Assembly: GCA_030867685.1 (NCBI GenBank)
Contig: JAQOWU010000007.1
Location: 1,550,001-1,614,000, forward strand
Direction of reading: 5' to 3'
DNA from: Wickerhamiella versatilis
Taxonomy: Eukaryota
DNA length: 64,000 nucleotides
Positions 19,846 through 31,056 of the stretch are shown piece by piece. The notes under the pieces were generated by a model. The model was not told the DNA's origin, did no database searches, and saw nothing but the letters and a program-made list of their open reading frames with translations. The position numbers and the translations under genes are program-made. Within the stretch, counting starts at the first letter, position 1; every line of letters begins with the position of its first letter.

Positions 19846-20595
19846 TTACTTGGAGCCGGGTGCTGCAGCTTCGATGGGTTGGATTTCGTTGTAGCATTCA
19901 TACTCTGTGGATTCATAAATTTCATTCACAATAAACGGGGGATAAATAGAATATTGGAAAAGTAGTACGATGTTCAGCATCATGCAGCAAGCATTTCCTA
20001 GGATGAACGGGAGCTCAGCAAGTACGAACTCCATCTCCAGCTCACCGTCCTTGTCCACCGCAGTAAGGAAGATTGTCGCCAGGTAGTTGGCATTTGCAAC
20101 AGTATCGGTCAAAAACATGAACAGCGACACGCTACCCGTATATTTGCGGCGGAAATTATGGAGCACCTGGGGAACGATGGCGGCGAAATACAAGGACTGG
20201 GAGATGTAGGCAAAGGCCTGTCCCATGATAAAGTGGTAATCCAGAGGCTCTTCCGTGACACTCATGGCATTCACACCAGGAATAAGACGAGACACGCTGA
20301 CAATCATTAATGGCGCGCGGAGACCCTTGAGGGTGCGCATTCTCTCAAAATGAGTATGTTGCAGGATGAGCATAATATCCATGGTCAGGGAACATAGCGA
20401 AACGATACGCTGGAATAGTAGTTGTCGACCCCAAAAGCAACCTATGATATTAAACACGTCGCCGCACAACCAGCCCATTAGCATTAGCGGATTGAAACCG
20501 TCAGCTCCCTCATATATGAATCCAAGGTACAGTTGGTGCAGTCCTGCAAGCAGGGAAGCACAGATACACGCACCTCCCGTAAGGTCCGCAAGCAT
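19846..20595 (-). CDS. PQ-loop (Ypq/PQLC2-like) vacuolar amino-acid transporter, divergent
   Basis: WLCGDVFNIIGC in repeat 1 and IVPQVLHNFRRKYTGSVSLFMF in repeat 2; about 7 hydrophobic segments. Confidence 0.8.
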   Translation of the reverse strand: MLADLTGGACICASLLAGLHQLYLGFIYEGADGFNPLMLMGWLCGDVFNIIGCFWGRQLLFQRIVSLCSLTMDIMLILQHTHFERMRTLKGLRAPLMIVSVSRLIPGVNAMSVTEEPLDYHFIMGQAFAYISQSLYFAAIVPQVLHNFRRKYTGSVSLFMFLTDTVANANYLATIFLTAVDKDGELEMEFVLAELPFILGNACCMMLNIVLLFQYSIYPPFIVNEIYESTEYECYNEIQPIEAAAPGSK

Positions 20596-21305
20596 TTTAG
20601 GATGGTGGAGGGAATGTGGATCGACCGTTCCCTGACTTATCGATTTAGATTAGGGTTGGGTAGTTCCGAAGCCCCGATACATGGATAAGGTGGGGTGGGC
20701 GGACAGACAAATGGTAGTAACTTGTAGTTAAGGGAAATCTCCGGCATCGCAGATCTCTCGTTTATTTTTCCGTTTCATGTTCCGAGTCGACGTCGGACTT
20801 CTATTTTCAGGACCAGCAATGACTATACCCTAGCCTCAAGAGATCATATCAACGCAATGTAAGTTAAGCTTCGCGGTGGCCGGCGAACGGCCGAGCGGTC
20901 GAGAAAAATCCACGGCTTTATATGCCAGCTTTTCGGTTAATTTTTTCCACCTTTAATGCAGATGTAAAAATCATAGGTTTGAGCGCGTGGCTCGGTATTT
21001 AGCCGACTAAGTTCGGGGTGCCATGATAACTGTATATGGGCAGAATGTAAAGTCTGTTTACAGTTTTTATGGGGCTGTCTATCATTTTAAACATGATGCA
21101 GCTCACTATGCCTATGAAAATGTCATGTAAAATACTGTTTCTATGCCTGGCCAAATAATGCCATACTGAAGACTGTTGGATAGTGCTAAATATATATCTG
21201 GCCAGCACAGTTGAAAAAAAAATAAATACCAACCTTCACGAAACTTTTTGACCATGGACGTCTATAGGATAGTCCGCCACCAACACTGGTGTATTAGTAA
21301 GCCAG

Positions 21306-23336
21306 ATGGACAGGCACCTCATTGACGTTGTCAATAGGCTCCAGGATGCGCTAGCGTCGCTGGGCCCTACGGCAATAGACCTCCCCCAGATTACCGTAGT
21401 AGGATCGCAATCCAGTGGTAAAAGTTCTGTGCTTGAGAACATTGTTGGACGTGACTTCTTACCGCGGGGTACTGGAATTGTAACCCGAAGGCCACTTGTT
21501 CTCCAGCTTTTCAACCATCGGCTACCTTCTGGTAAAACGCTTCCTGATAATGAAACGAATGAGTACGAATGGGGTGAATTCCTTCACGTTTCAGGGAAGA
21601 GGTTCCACGACTTCGACGCTATCCGGGATGAGATAGTGAAGGTTACTGAAGCCACAACCGGTCACAACAAGGGCATATCGGCTGAGCCTATTACTCTGCG
21701 TATCTACTCGCCAAATGTATTGACCCTCACTTTGGTAGACCTTCCGGGACTTACCAAGGTACCTGTGGGTGATCAACCTAAAGACATAGAGCGACTGATC
21801 CGGGAGATGGTCATGAAATTCATCTCTAAGCCCAATGCAATCATTCTTGCAGTGACTGCGGCAAATACGGACCTTGCGAATTCCGATGGCCTTAAACTTG
21901 CACGGGAGGTTGACCCAGAGGGGAGCCGAACCATCGGTGTACTGACCAAGGTAGATCTAATGGACCAAGGCACTGATGTCACAGATATTCTTGCTGGTAA
22001 GGTGGTGCCGCTGAGGCTGGGATACGTCCCAGTGATTAACCGTGGCCAACAGGATATCAACTCGAAAAAGAGCATCAAGTCCGCGTTAGACTTCGAGGCT
22101 GAGTACTTCCAAAAGAACCCGGCGTATCGGCCCTACCTTAGACAATGTGGTACACCCTATCTGGCGAAGCGGCTGAATTCCATTTTGCTGAACCACATTC
22201 GTACCACCCTACCTGATATCAAGAATCGTATCGACCTTAACCTTAAGAAGTACCAGACTGAACTCGGCGCGCTTGGACCACCAACCCAGGGATCGTCGTC
22301 GAGTGTGGTATTGCAGGTTGTCACTGAGTTTTGTAACGAATACAAATCGGTGCTCGAGGGCCAAGGGCGAGACGTATCCTCTCAGGAGCTTTCCGGCGGA
22401 GCCCGTATCTCATACGTGTTCCACGAAGTGTTCACAAATGGAATCAAGGTTCTGGACCCTTACGATCAAATTAGTGACTCTGACATTCGGACGGTGCTGC
22501 ATAACTCGTCTGGGGAAATGCCAGCACTATTTGTGTCCAGCAGGCCATTTGTTTTCTTGATGAAGCACCAGGCTCGACGCTTTGAGGAGCCCAGCATGAA
22601 GTGCATTCAGCTGATATATGATGAGCTGGTTCGCATTCTCAATACGATTATGGCTAAGGCAGAATTCCAGCGATACCCTGCCTTGCGGTCCCAGATAAAC
22701 CATGTCTTCGTGCAATATTTGCGTCGCTCCCTTGTGCCTACACGTGCGCTCGTCAAAAACCTGGTCGATATGGAGGCAAACTATATCAACACCGGACATC
22801 CTGATCTTATCAAAGGAACTCAAGCTATGGATCTGGTAGCTCAGAAGTTGAAAGTGAAGCAGCATCCAAGTGTTGATCCAAAGACGGGCAAACCCCTGCC
22901 TAAGTCAGAAAGTGTTGCAGTATCTAAGGATGATATAAAAGAGCAGTCCATGTTTGGCGGATTCTTTGGTGACCTGTTCACGTCCAAAAATAAGAAGCGC
23001 CTGGCAGCCATGGAAGCACCCCCACCCTCGCTCAAGGCCAGTGGCACCATGACTGAGCGTGAGGCTGTGGATGTTGAGGTCGTTAAGGTTCTGGTCAACT
23101 CCTACTTTGCCATCTTGCAAAGAACAATAATAGACCTTGTGCCAAAGGCCATCACTTATCAACTTATTAACCAGTCAAAGGATGAAATTCAGAAGGAGCT
23201 TTTGGAGATTCTTTACAGGTCCGATGCTATAGACGATCTCGTAAAGGAGAACGAGTTTACGGTCTCTCGGAGAGAGCAGCTGAAGAAACAGGTGAAAGCA
23301 CTTACTGCCGCGCAGGCAATCGTGGCAGGTGTGTAA
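21306..23336 (+). CDS. VPS1: Dynamin-like GTPase Vps1
   Basis: [55 protein letters not shown] and C-terminal GED. Confidence 0.95.
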   Translation: MDRHLIDVVNRLQDALASLGPTAIDLPQITVVGSQSSGKSSVLENIVGRDFLPRGTGIVTRRPLVLQLFNHRLPSGKTLPDNETNEYEWGEFLHVSGKRFHDFDAIRDEIVKVTEATTGHNKGISAEPITLRIYSPNVLTLTLVDLPGLTKVPVGDQPKDIERLIREMVMKFISKPNAIILAVTAANTDLANSDGLKLAREVDPEGSRTIGVLTKVDLMDQGTDVTDILAGKVVPLRLGYVPVINRGQQDINSKKSIKSALDFEAEYFQKNPAYRPYLRQCGTPYLAKRLNSILLNHIRTTLPDIKNRIDLNLKKYQTELGALGPPTQGSSSSVVLQVVTEFCNEYKSVLEGQGRDVSSQELSGGARISYVFHEVFTNGIKVLDPYDQISDSDIRTVLHNSSGEMPALFVSSRPFVFLMKHQARRFEEPSMKCIQLIYDELVRILNTIMAKAEFQRYPALRSQINHVFVQYLRRSLVPTRALVKNLVDMEANYINTGHPDLIKGTQAMDLVAQKLKVKQHPSVDPKTGKPLPKSESVAVSKDDIKEQSMFGGFFGDLFTSKNKKRLAAMEAPPPSLKASGTMTEREAVDVEVVKVLVNSYFAILQRTIIDLVPKAITYQLINQSKDEIQKELLEILYRSDAIDDLVKENEFTVSRREQLKKQVKALTAAQAIVAGV

Positions 23337-23480
23337 GGTTGATTCCTGGTGAAATAGGCTTACATCTCATCGTGTTTTTTTTATATAGTGGTGCTAAGGA
23401 ATATATTTGTATATTAGAGAGTGTTGTTAGCAAAGGTGACTATAGCTTGAGCTCATGAGTCGAGCTTTGATCATCGCGCT

Positions 23481-25310
23481 TCAGTTCTTGTTCTTAATGT
23501 AGCTTTCGATGAGATCACCAGTGGTTTGCTCACTGTATAGCTCAACCTGTCCATCCCAGCCCTGTTTCTTAAGGTAAGAAGTAACGTCTTCCTTAATATA
23601 GCTGATGAACACAAGATCAACCTTTTCAGTGGAATTATTGACATTTTGCTCAGACTGAAAAGCGTTAGGGATGTCATAGGTGTGGTAGGCGTCATGGGGA
23701 GTATCATCGCCGTTGCTACCGGCATCATCGTGTGTCACATAACCAGTGCGTTTCTTAAATGGTGTCGCAGGATATTTAGGAGGGACATATACCGTTGTTG
23801 GATTTGGAGCTGTTGGGATAGGAATTGTCGCGGAAGTACTGGTCAGTATCCGATCAAGCAGAGAGCGCTTTTTGATATTGGAGTAGTCGTCATTAAGATG
23901 GCTCAAAACTTTTCTTGCCAGGTCAATATCGAGATTTTTGGCGTAGTAGAATGGATCTTCATATGGATCTATCTGCACCTTTGTATCCAGGCTGAAAGGA
24001 CCCTTAAGGAGATCGTAGCGATAGTTACCAGTGTGCGCCAAAATGAACCGCGGCTCGTTATCACGCCCCACAACGCTCTTCATGGTCTTGTGAGCATCAG
24101 CAGCCAGACTGAAGAGTGAGTTATTGGATGGGTATGGTGCCCAGTTCGTGAGGTAGTCCTGAGGCACATATGCTGTCTCATTGTCTAGGGTCAAGTTCTT
24201 TCGTATATCAGCAATCATTTGCGAGACTGCTAATCCCTTTTTCGTCTGGAACGGCACTTCCTCGGCTGTTGCATTAATCGAGGTGTTCGTGTGGAATGCC
24301 AGGTTTTCAGGGCTGAAATCGATGTAGGAGCGAGAGAACTCTGTTCCATTGGGGGTCAGCGACAGTGAGGCCCACCCAATAGTTTCGAGATACCTTCCCG
24401 ACTCCAGGGCAGCTGCGTTAGAGTCGAAAATACGGTAGTCCCGTACATGGGTATGGCCCCCAAGTCCCTGAATTGGAATATTAGGATGGAACTTGCGAAT
24501 AGCATCTACATATGTATCGAGCTCGTCGAATCCGCGAACTGGTATGTGTCCTGTGAGCAGAATCAAATCATAGTCTGTACGATTCATGACATTCAAAAAC
24601 CAGGGTTGCTTGATGGCGTCCTTAGCAGGAGTGACGCGGGTACCATTTGCATTCCCCTTGAAGTCATAAATAAATCCGAGAGTCAGAACACGGTATCCCA
24701 GCACTTTTGTCTCAAGTATCCGGAACCTACGGCCTGCAGGGATCCATTCATTGTTCTCGAAAATGTCAACGTTTGATGCCAGATATGCTGCATCGTAGTG
24801 TGGTCTGATCATCTTATATTCTTGGTCGGCAACCTCATAGCTGTACAACTCATGGTTTCCAATATTTAAAACATCAATATCGTCCAGCTGAGCAAATACG
24901 TCCTGCGAACGATTTCCGTTGCCAATTGAGAGCCCTGTACCATCATGGCGATCCCCTGTTTCAATTACAAGTAAATCGGCATCCTTTTTCTCCGCAATTT
25001 GATGTATATGCTCCAGGAATGAGACCATATCACCCCAATCGGCAGCATATTCCGGCTGGTTAGAGAGGTGGCCAGCGAGCCATCCGTGGGTATCCGTGAT
25101 ATGAACTATATTAATATCACCCCATTGAAGGCCACGGAAATGCTCCTCCGGGGCTAACTGGGTATCAGGTTGAGAGCGCGTATGGAGAACAACATTATCG
25201 TGGTACGCCCGGATTCGCGCATTGAATCGGCCATCACCGTCGTCGCGACAACCTATGAATCCATGAGCAACCACCTGTGATAGCAGTGGGAGTAGGATGT
25301 TCAGCATCAT
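23481..25310 (-). CDS. Secreted/vacuolar 5'-nucleotidase-like metallophosphoesterase (YHR202W family)
   Basis: Signal peptide; LQWGDINIVHITDTHGWL, TGDRHDGTGLS, GNHELY, GGHTHVRD, ESGRYLETIGW, GYVTHDDAGSNGDDTPH. Confidence 0.9.
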   Translation of the reverse strand: MMLNILLPLLSQVVAHGFIGCRDDGDGRFNARIRAYHDNVVLHTRSQPDTQLAPEEHFRGLQWGDINIVHITDTHGWLAGHLSNQPEYAADWGDMVSFLEHIHQIAEKKDADLLVIETGDRHDGTGLSIGNGNRSQDVFAQLDDIDVLNIGNHELYSYEVADQEYKMIRPHYDAAYLASNVDIFENNEWIPAGRRFRILETKVLGYRVLTLGFIYDFKGNANGTRVTPAKDAIKQPWFLNVMNRTDYDLILLTGHIPVRGFDELDTYVDAIRKFHPNIPIQGLGGHTHVRDYRIFDSNAAALESGRYLETIGWASLSLTPNGTEFSRSYIDFSPENLAFHTNTSINATAEEVPFQTKKGLAVSQMIADIRKNLTLDNETAYVPQDYLTNWAPYPSNNSLFSLAADAHKTMKSVVGRDNEPRFILAHTGNYRYDLLKGPFSLDTKVQIDPYEDPFYYAKNLDIDLARKVLSHLNDDYSNIKKRSLLDRILTSTSATIPIPTAPNPTTVYVPPKYPATPFKKRTGYVTHDDAGSNGDDTPHDAYHTYDIPNAFQSEQNVNNSTEKVDLVFISYIKEDVTSYLKKQGWDGQVELYSEQTTGDLIESYIKNKN

Positions 25311-26080
25311 ACTGTGTGAAGAGAGGGTTTCTTACGATTTTTTCCATATAAGACTATCGACTATGCATAATTCACCTAACCCAATTCCTTTTTAGTAGTG
25401 GTAAGAGGCATATAATTGCAGGTCCGCGACCACGTGGTCCAGCTAAGCAAAGTTATTGCTTTCATTCAAAGAATACGCTTATTTCATGCCTTGAGGGTAT
25501 ACTGCTGTTCGAGATCCATTTCTCATTAATGGTATGGAATACTTGCCGTCCCGACAGACTTGGTTGAAATGTGTCAACGCTGAGCCAATTATTGGTACAG
25601 AAGGAGTTGGATTCATTTAATTTCACTGTAGTGAGTGCTGCACTGACCCCTGTACTGGTCCCTGTACTGGTCGCTGTTGCCATTTTACTTGTCACTGGTT
25701 TCTTTTGGCCGGTAGTTTAACTGCCATCCACCCATATCCTATCCTTTCCTATACATAGTAGTGGAGGCCAAATGCTCATACGTTTTATGATCAATCCAAG
25801 GAGTTTGATATTTTGCCAAGATACGATGTTACCGGTGTGGATCTCGATCTCAGGCCCTTTCCCTGGGCGGGTTCCTATTTCAATGCTGTTAGCAAATACA
25901 CATATATTTTTATATTTATTTTTGAGCTGCTCATGGCTTCGCAAACATATTCCTTCTTCACCGCACTATCTGCTATTTAATCAGCTGGTCACGTTCGCAA
26001 AAATAGTTCGTGGCGGCGTGGGGAATTAGTCAAGCTGAGTGTGGGTCAGTTACGATAACAGGATCTCAATTCAGGACATC

Positions 26081-26977
26081 ATGGTCGTGGGAATTAGATG
26101 GCTTGTCTTTTTTATCAGTGCTGCTATGATGTGTGCGCTATTGCTAGCTTATGTTAGCTATGTTAGTGTCTTTGAGCCGGGAATGGGGCTTTTAGTACAG
26201 GGAATTGTTACGGTTTCCCCAAATATTACCAGCTACGATGTGCGTCTTGCAACCTTTGGCCCACGCCCCCCTCAATTCGGTGGGCATAGCTCAATTGAGG
26301 GTCCAGTTGCAGCAGTGAATTCAAGCATGTGTGGTGAGAACCCCTTGGTTCCAGGATCATTGAATGGCACCATCGCGGTTGTGAGACGCGGTGATTGCCC
26401 ATTTGCAGAAAAAATCCTCAATCTTCAATCTGCAGGGGCTGTGGCTGTAATTGTGGGTAATAATGGCCCTGGAGGTCTGTTTACCATGTTTGGTACGGGT
26501 CCCGCAGCCCTGGTGGAGATTCCGGCCGTAAGTATAGGGTACAGGGACTGGTATGAGCTTGACAAAAACTCTGGGATGTGGAATGTCTCTATCTGGTCGC
26601 ATCCAGAGGAGTTCCAAGTCTTCGACGGGTTGCTCATGCTTGTTGCTCGGCCTCTTATGCTACTTGCACTGCTTTCGACTTTTTTCTCAATCAGTCTGTT
26701 TAATGAGCATGCTCGTAAGTTGAAGTGGAAGAGCATAGTTTCGGACCTACCTGTACACTGCTGGGATGGCCACGCCCAAATATACCATTGTACTGAGTGT
26801 ATTATATGTCTAGACGACTTTGAGATGGGAACTGAAGTAATGACTTTGCCCTGCAAACATGAATTTCACGCCGAGTGCATAGAGCGATGGCTACTGCGAC
26901 AACGGAAAGGCGAGTGCCCTATTTGCAAACGACTCGTCTCGGAGCCTACAGAGCGTACCCCTCTTCTTCTTAATTAA
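26081..26977 (+). CDS. PA-domain / transmembrane / RING-H2 E3 ubiquitin ligase (RNF13/GRAIL/RMR-type architecture)
   Basis: PA domain IAVVRRGDCPFAEKILNLQSAGAVAVIVGN, a TM helix, RING-H2 CIICLDDF...LPCKHEFHAECIERWL...CPIC, and C-terminal ERTPLL dileucine-type signal. First ATG is at 26081. Confidence 0.9.
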   Translation: MVVGIRWLVFFISAAMMCALLLAYVSYVSVFEPGMGLLVQGIVTVSPNITSYDVRLATFGPRPPQFGGHSSIEGPVAAVNSSMCGENPLVPGSLNGTIAVVRRGDCPFAEKILNLQSAGAVAVIVGNNGPGGLFTMFGTGPAALVEIPAVSIGYRDWYELDKNSGMWNVSIWSHPEEFQVFDGLLMLVARPLMLLALLSTFFSISLFNEHARKLKWKSIVSDLPVHCWDGHAQIYHCTECIICLDDFEMGTEVMTLPCKHEFHAECIERWLLRQRKGECPICKRLVSEPTERTPLLLN

Positions 26978-27102
26978 ATTATTGCTTGCCGAATGTTTTT
27001 TTTTCTTATTTGTCTTTTCTATAACACAATTTTGCTTGTTTGCATATATATTTATATAAATATATATATTACTTTGTATTGTGAAAATTTCATTTCCAGC
27101 AA

Positions 27103-28827
27103 ATGCATTTCCCCGCTGAAGGGAGGCTCGCGGTCATCCAGTTGCTTATTAAGACATATCAGGGAGGTGCCACTGGAACAATGGATGTGCCTGTGGCCGA
27201 CCAGGCACTGAACCGTATTGATCGGTATCAGATAGTGAAAACACTGGGGGAAGGCAGTTTTGGAAAGGTGAAGCTTGCCTACCATCTGGCCACAAACACC
27301 CGAGTCGCGCTCAAGATCATCAACCGACGAACTCTGCTAAAGTCGGACATGCAGGGTAGAATTGAACGCGAAATTGCCTATCTTAGGCTTTTGCGACACC
27401 CGCATATTATCAAGCTTTATGAGGTTATTAAGTCTAAGGATGAAATCATAATGGTTCTTGAATACGCTGGGAAGGAGCTCTTCGACTATATCGTGCAGGT
27501 GGGTCGGATGCCAGAGAATGAGGCCCGAGGTTTTTTCCAGCAAATCATCAGTGCAGTTTCCTACTGCCATCGGCATAAGATTGTTCATCGGGATCTTAAG
27601 CCAGAAAACCTCTTATTAGATGAGAATCTCAACGTCAAGATAGCTGATTTTGGGCTGTCGAATATCATGACTGATGGAAACTTTTTGAAAACCAGTTGCG
27701 GGTCTCCGAACTATGCGGCTCCCGAAGTAATATCGGGTAGATTATATGCTGGTCCAGAGGTGGATATATGGTCTTGCGGTGTTATTTTGTACGTGTTACT
27801 ATGCGGCCGACTACCGTTTGACGAGGAGAGCATTCCCGAACTATTCCAGAAAATCAGTGCGGGAACCTATACCATTCCTGATTATCTTTCATCCGGAGCT
27901 AGATCTTTAATGCAAAAAATGTTGGTGGTGAATCCGCTTGAACGAATCACTGATGATGAAATTATCGCGGACCCATGGTTCCGGGTAAACCTTCCGCGAT
28001 ACCTTTTCCCCGAGTCAAAGAGTGTGCGGCAAGAGTCTCTGCATTTCGAGGAGACGGACGGTATTGTTAAGACTTTGAGTCAAAAATCTGGGTACTTAGC
28101 ACGTGATGTCGCCGACGCCTTAAATTATCGTCAAGGCGAGGGTAAGCGGTCACCTGCAAATGTCTCGGAAATCGTGGATACATATAATTTGCTCGAGGAC
28201 CAGCAGCGTGCATCGAAGGATCAGCTAGACCAGTACATGGCTTCGCATGGGGTAGCCTCGCGACCCGCGCGTCGCTCCAGAGGTAATTCGGATGCATCAC
28301 TTCCTAATCTCGGTATTGAAACCCCACCTGTTGCCGTTGCGGGCTCTTGCATTGCTGTGCTTCCTCAATCCACCACCCCATATCACCTAGCTTACATGGA
28401 AAAGTCAAAAGGAATAATGCAGACACGGAGATTGACCCCACAGCCTAATAAGAAATCCAAGATACGGTGGTATTTCGGCATCCGCTCCCGGTCTTACCCG
28501 CTAGATGTTATGGGTGAGATATATCGAGCTCTTAAGTCTCTTGGTGCCGAATGGGCAGTGCCAAGAGACTTGGCTGAGGACCTTTGGACAATTCACGCCC
28601 GTTGGCGAGGAGATATAATCCCTCAAAAATCCGGTGACCCTGATTTTGAGCAGCTGAAGATGCGCATCCAGCTCTATCAGTTGGAACAGAACAATTATGT
28701 TGTTGACTTCAAATTTGATGGTTTTGAGAACCAAGGTGGACGCAACACAGAAGATACTTTTTCGGCTTATCCTTTCTTGCGGCTAGCTACAAAGCTAATC
28801 ATGGAACTCTTCGCAAATAGCCAATAA
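27103..28827 (+). CDS. SNF1: AMP-activated protein kinase catalytic subunit Snf1 (start may be the ATG at 27181)
   Basis: LGEGSFGKVK, HRDLKPEN, DFGLSNIMTDGNFLKTSCGSPNYAAPE, C-terminal RWYFGIRSRSYPLDVMGEIY. Confidence 0.97.
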   Translation: MHFPAEGRLAVIQLLIKTYQGGATGTMDVPVADQALNRIDRYQIVKTLGEGSFGKVKLAYHLATNTRVALKIINRRTLLKSDMQGRIEREIAYLRLLRHPHIIKLYEVIKSKDEIIMVLEYAGKELFDYIVQVGRMPENEARGFFQQIISAVSYCHRHKIVHRDLKPENLLLDENLNVKIADFGLSNIMTDGNFLKTSCGSPNYAAPEVISGRLYAGPEVDIWSCGVILYVLLCGRLPFDEESIPELFQKISAGTYTIPDYLSSGARSLMQKMLVVNPLERITDDEIIADPWFRVNLPRYLFPESKSVRQESLHFEETDGIVKTLSQKSGYLARDVADALNYRQGEGKRSPANVSEIVDTYNLLEDQQRASKDQLDQYMASHGVASRPARRSRGNSDASLPNLGIETPPVAVAGSCIAVLPQSTTPYHLAYMEKSKGIMQTRRLTPQPNKKSKIRWYFGIRSRSYPLDVMGEIYRALKSLGAEWAVPRDLAEDLWTIHARWRGDIIPQKSGDPDFEQLKMRIQLYQLEQNNYVVDFKFDGFENQGGRNTEDTFSAYPFLRLATKLIMELFANSQ

Positions 28828-28953
28828 ACATGAGCCATAGCATATTTATGTAATTTTTTGAGAGCTTACGTCTGAGTGTTTTGGTAACCTTCTAACTAAC
28901 ATACAGTAATTATTTTATGGAGAGATACGTTATGCACCTAAACGTCCATACTG

Positions 28954-30723
28954 CTAGGTTTTTGATGCATCATAGAGAGCCACTCGGGCCATTGATTTAA
29001 GGAATCGTTGCATGTTTGCTTCCGACTGTCGTGGCAATTTACCTGACAGAATAAGCTGACGATCAGGAAAGCTTTCTATTGCCCCAATTCCTTGCCTAAG
29101 AACTGTGTGGACTGTATCTGATACTGAAGTTTTGTTTTCAGTCGTCATTAGTTCGTATTGTTGGGCCGTAGTCTTCAAAAGGATGGCGGCTGCAGAACCA
29201 CGCAACCCGTAATGGTCTACGAGTTGTAAAAATACAGATGGTTGGCGTATGGTCCTGAAATACCACACTTCATAGTCCTCCACCATGAATATATCTCTTT
29301 TCAAAAGTCCGCTTGCCATCACCCTTATAAGTAATTCGGCGAGGTCATGCGCTTGTCCTTGCTGTTCCGTTGACGCTGGTTCGCCCAGGCGCATGAGGTA
29401 CTTTGCAACTCCAGACAGGGTCTGAATGAGCTGAAGCCAGTCATAAGCAAGTACTTGGTGTTCAAAAGACAGTTCACCCAGAATCTGAAATATGATTGAT
29501 AACAGTGACGTATACATGTGCCAATCAATTTTCTTTCCTGCATTGAATCTGAGCCCAACTTGTACACAGTCAAGTATACCTAGAAGAGCAGGACGGGTGC
29601 TATCATCCAAGGTAATACTGGGGGCTCTATTTTGAGCTATTTTCATCACATGGACGCTTGTCGTCAATTCCTTGAAAAGACTTCTTTCTTCCACCATATG
29701 GCGAAATATGATACAGAATAAGCGTGCATACGTATGCATACGGGTGCTACGTCCACCTATCTCCAAAATACGGGATCCCAATTGTACAAGCTCTCCAATA
29801 AGTGGTGACGAAGCCACCTTGTTTGCAAACAGGTCATTATGTATAGAAAACTCATAAAGTGGCAATAAAATTGCGATTTTAGGTGACATATCTTGCGTGG
29901 TGGTCCCTTTCTTGGCAGATGCCTTCGGATCAGCCCAAAGCCAGCCAAGCCACGAAGCTGTGGCTTTTTCTGCATCAACCTTGTGATCAAACTCGGTAAT
30001 CAGTTCTTGACAAGGCAGTTCAGCAAGCGCGACCATCTTGGCCATTATGGAATCATCGATGAACTCAGCAATGCGCAATATCTGACCATCCGCGTTATCA
30101 TCAAACCGAGCGAGAGTTGCAAGGGCCCCAAGAGCGAGAAATGCTCTAAAAACATCCTCACCATCCCCTGTACACGCGTCTATTAATCTCACAAAGGCTG
30201 CGAAAAAATTCTTCTGCATAAATATCGATGTCAACCCCGAATCAAGGGCGCTGGAAGCAACTGCAAGAACAAATTTCGTGGCAGGGCGGCTAAAGTCTTT
30301 GCCAATAAGACGCAAAAGATGGTCTGTTAATGTGTCAAACACAGTCTCTGCCTTATCGAGGCCTACAAGTATGTTAATCGTATCTGCGGCGGTCATTTTT
30401 TTGCCGGATACAGCAACAAACACGACACGAAGTATATTAAGAGCATTGACGTGAAGTTTGTCGTCTCCAAGATAATTAATTCCCGTAGACACAAGTTGCC
30501 TAGTCACTGGAGCGTTTCTCAATAACCTGTCTGTGTCTTGCGAGTCCAAAATTGACTTGAGGTAACTCTCATGAACGGGCAAAGAATAAAGCTCTACCCA
30601 ATAACTACGATCATGCTGAGATACCTTGAAGAGTTCGTCGTATATAGCAAAAGCTTTAGGGCGAGGCGGTTCATGCTGGCCGGCGTTAACCTGTTTCAGC
30701 GGTGAAGAAGGCTCGCCGGCCAT
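28954..30723 (-). CDS. Armadillo-like helical protein, probably ARMH3/C10orf76 (DUF1741) family
   Basis: IYDELF...YWVELY N-terminus, ILLPLYEF, ILDCVQVGLRFN and LAYDWLQLIQTL resemble fungal ARMH3 proteins from memory. Confidence 0.65.
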   Translation of the reverse strand: MAGEPSSPLKQVNAGQHEPPRPKAFAIYDELFKVSQHDRSYWVELYSLPVHESYLKSILDSQDTDRLLRNAPVTRQLVSTGINYLGDDKLHVNALNILRVVFVAVSGKKMTAADTINILVGLDKAETVFDTLTDHLLRLIGKDFSRPATKFVLAVASSALDSGLTSIFMQKNFFAAFVRLIDACTGDGEDVFRAFLALGALATLARFDDNADGQILRIAEFIDDSIMAKMVALAELPCQELITEFDHKVDAEKATASWLGWLWADPKASAKKGTTTQDMSPKIAILLPLYEFSIHNDLFANKVASSPLIGELVQLGSRILEIGGRSTRMHTYARLFCIIFRHMVEERSLFKELTTSVHVMKIAQNRAPSITLDDSTRPALLGILDCVQVGLRFNAGKKIDWHMYTSLLSIIFQILGELSFEHQVLAYDWLQLIQTLSGVAKYLMRLGEPASTEQQGQAHDLAELLIRVMASGLLKRDIFMVEDYEVWYFRTIRQPSVFLQLVDHYGLRGSAAAILLKTTAQQYELMTTENKTSVSDTVHTVLRQGIGAIESFPDRQLILSGKLPRQSEANMQRFLKSMARVALYDASKT

Positions 30724-31056
30724 GTGCAGTTAGACGTGGGTAAGGGGGTAAATGTATATGATCCCCTTTTTGGAATAAACCTCGAAGTGAGGCAGGTATT
30801 TTATTAGGAATTATATTTTTATTCAAGCTAGCTAGTATACTGATATTTTATAACTTGAATCACAGTCCTTAAAACTTTCCCAATCTAAAATTCTCACCAA
30901 GAAGAATCACCCTGCAATACAGACTTAGATATAAAGGCTCTACAAGTTAAACGTAACCTGCTCGGTTGATCTCTTCACAATCCAATCTTTTCGCGGCGCA
31001 ATCCGCTCCTTCGTTTCTATAAAGTAAACAAGTATTAGTCATTGTCAACAGGCCCG

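Noticed and set aside
25462-25944. Two minus-strand ORFs (75 and 77 aa) in the same frame separated by one TAA, with a 12-bp tandem repeat
   Set aside because: Could suggest a pseudogene or readthrough, but no family motif is recognisable and TAA-A is a poor readthrough context
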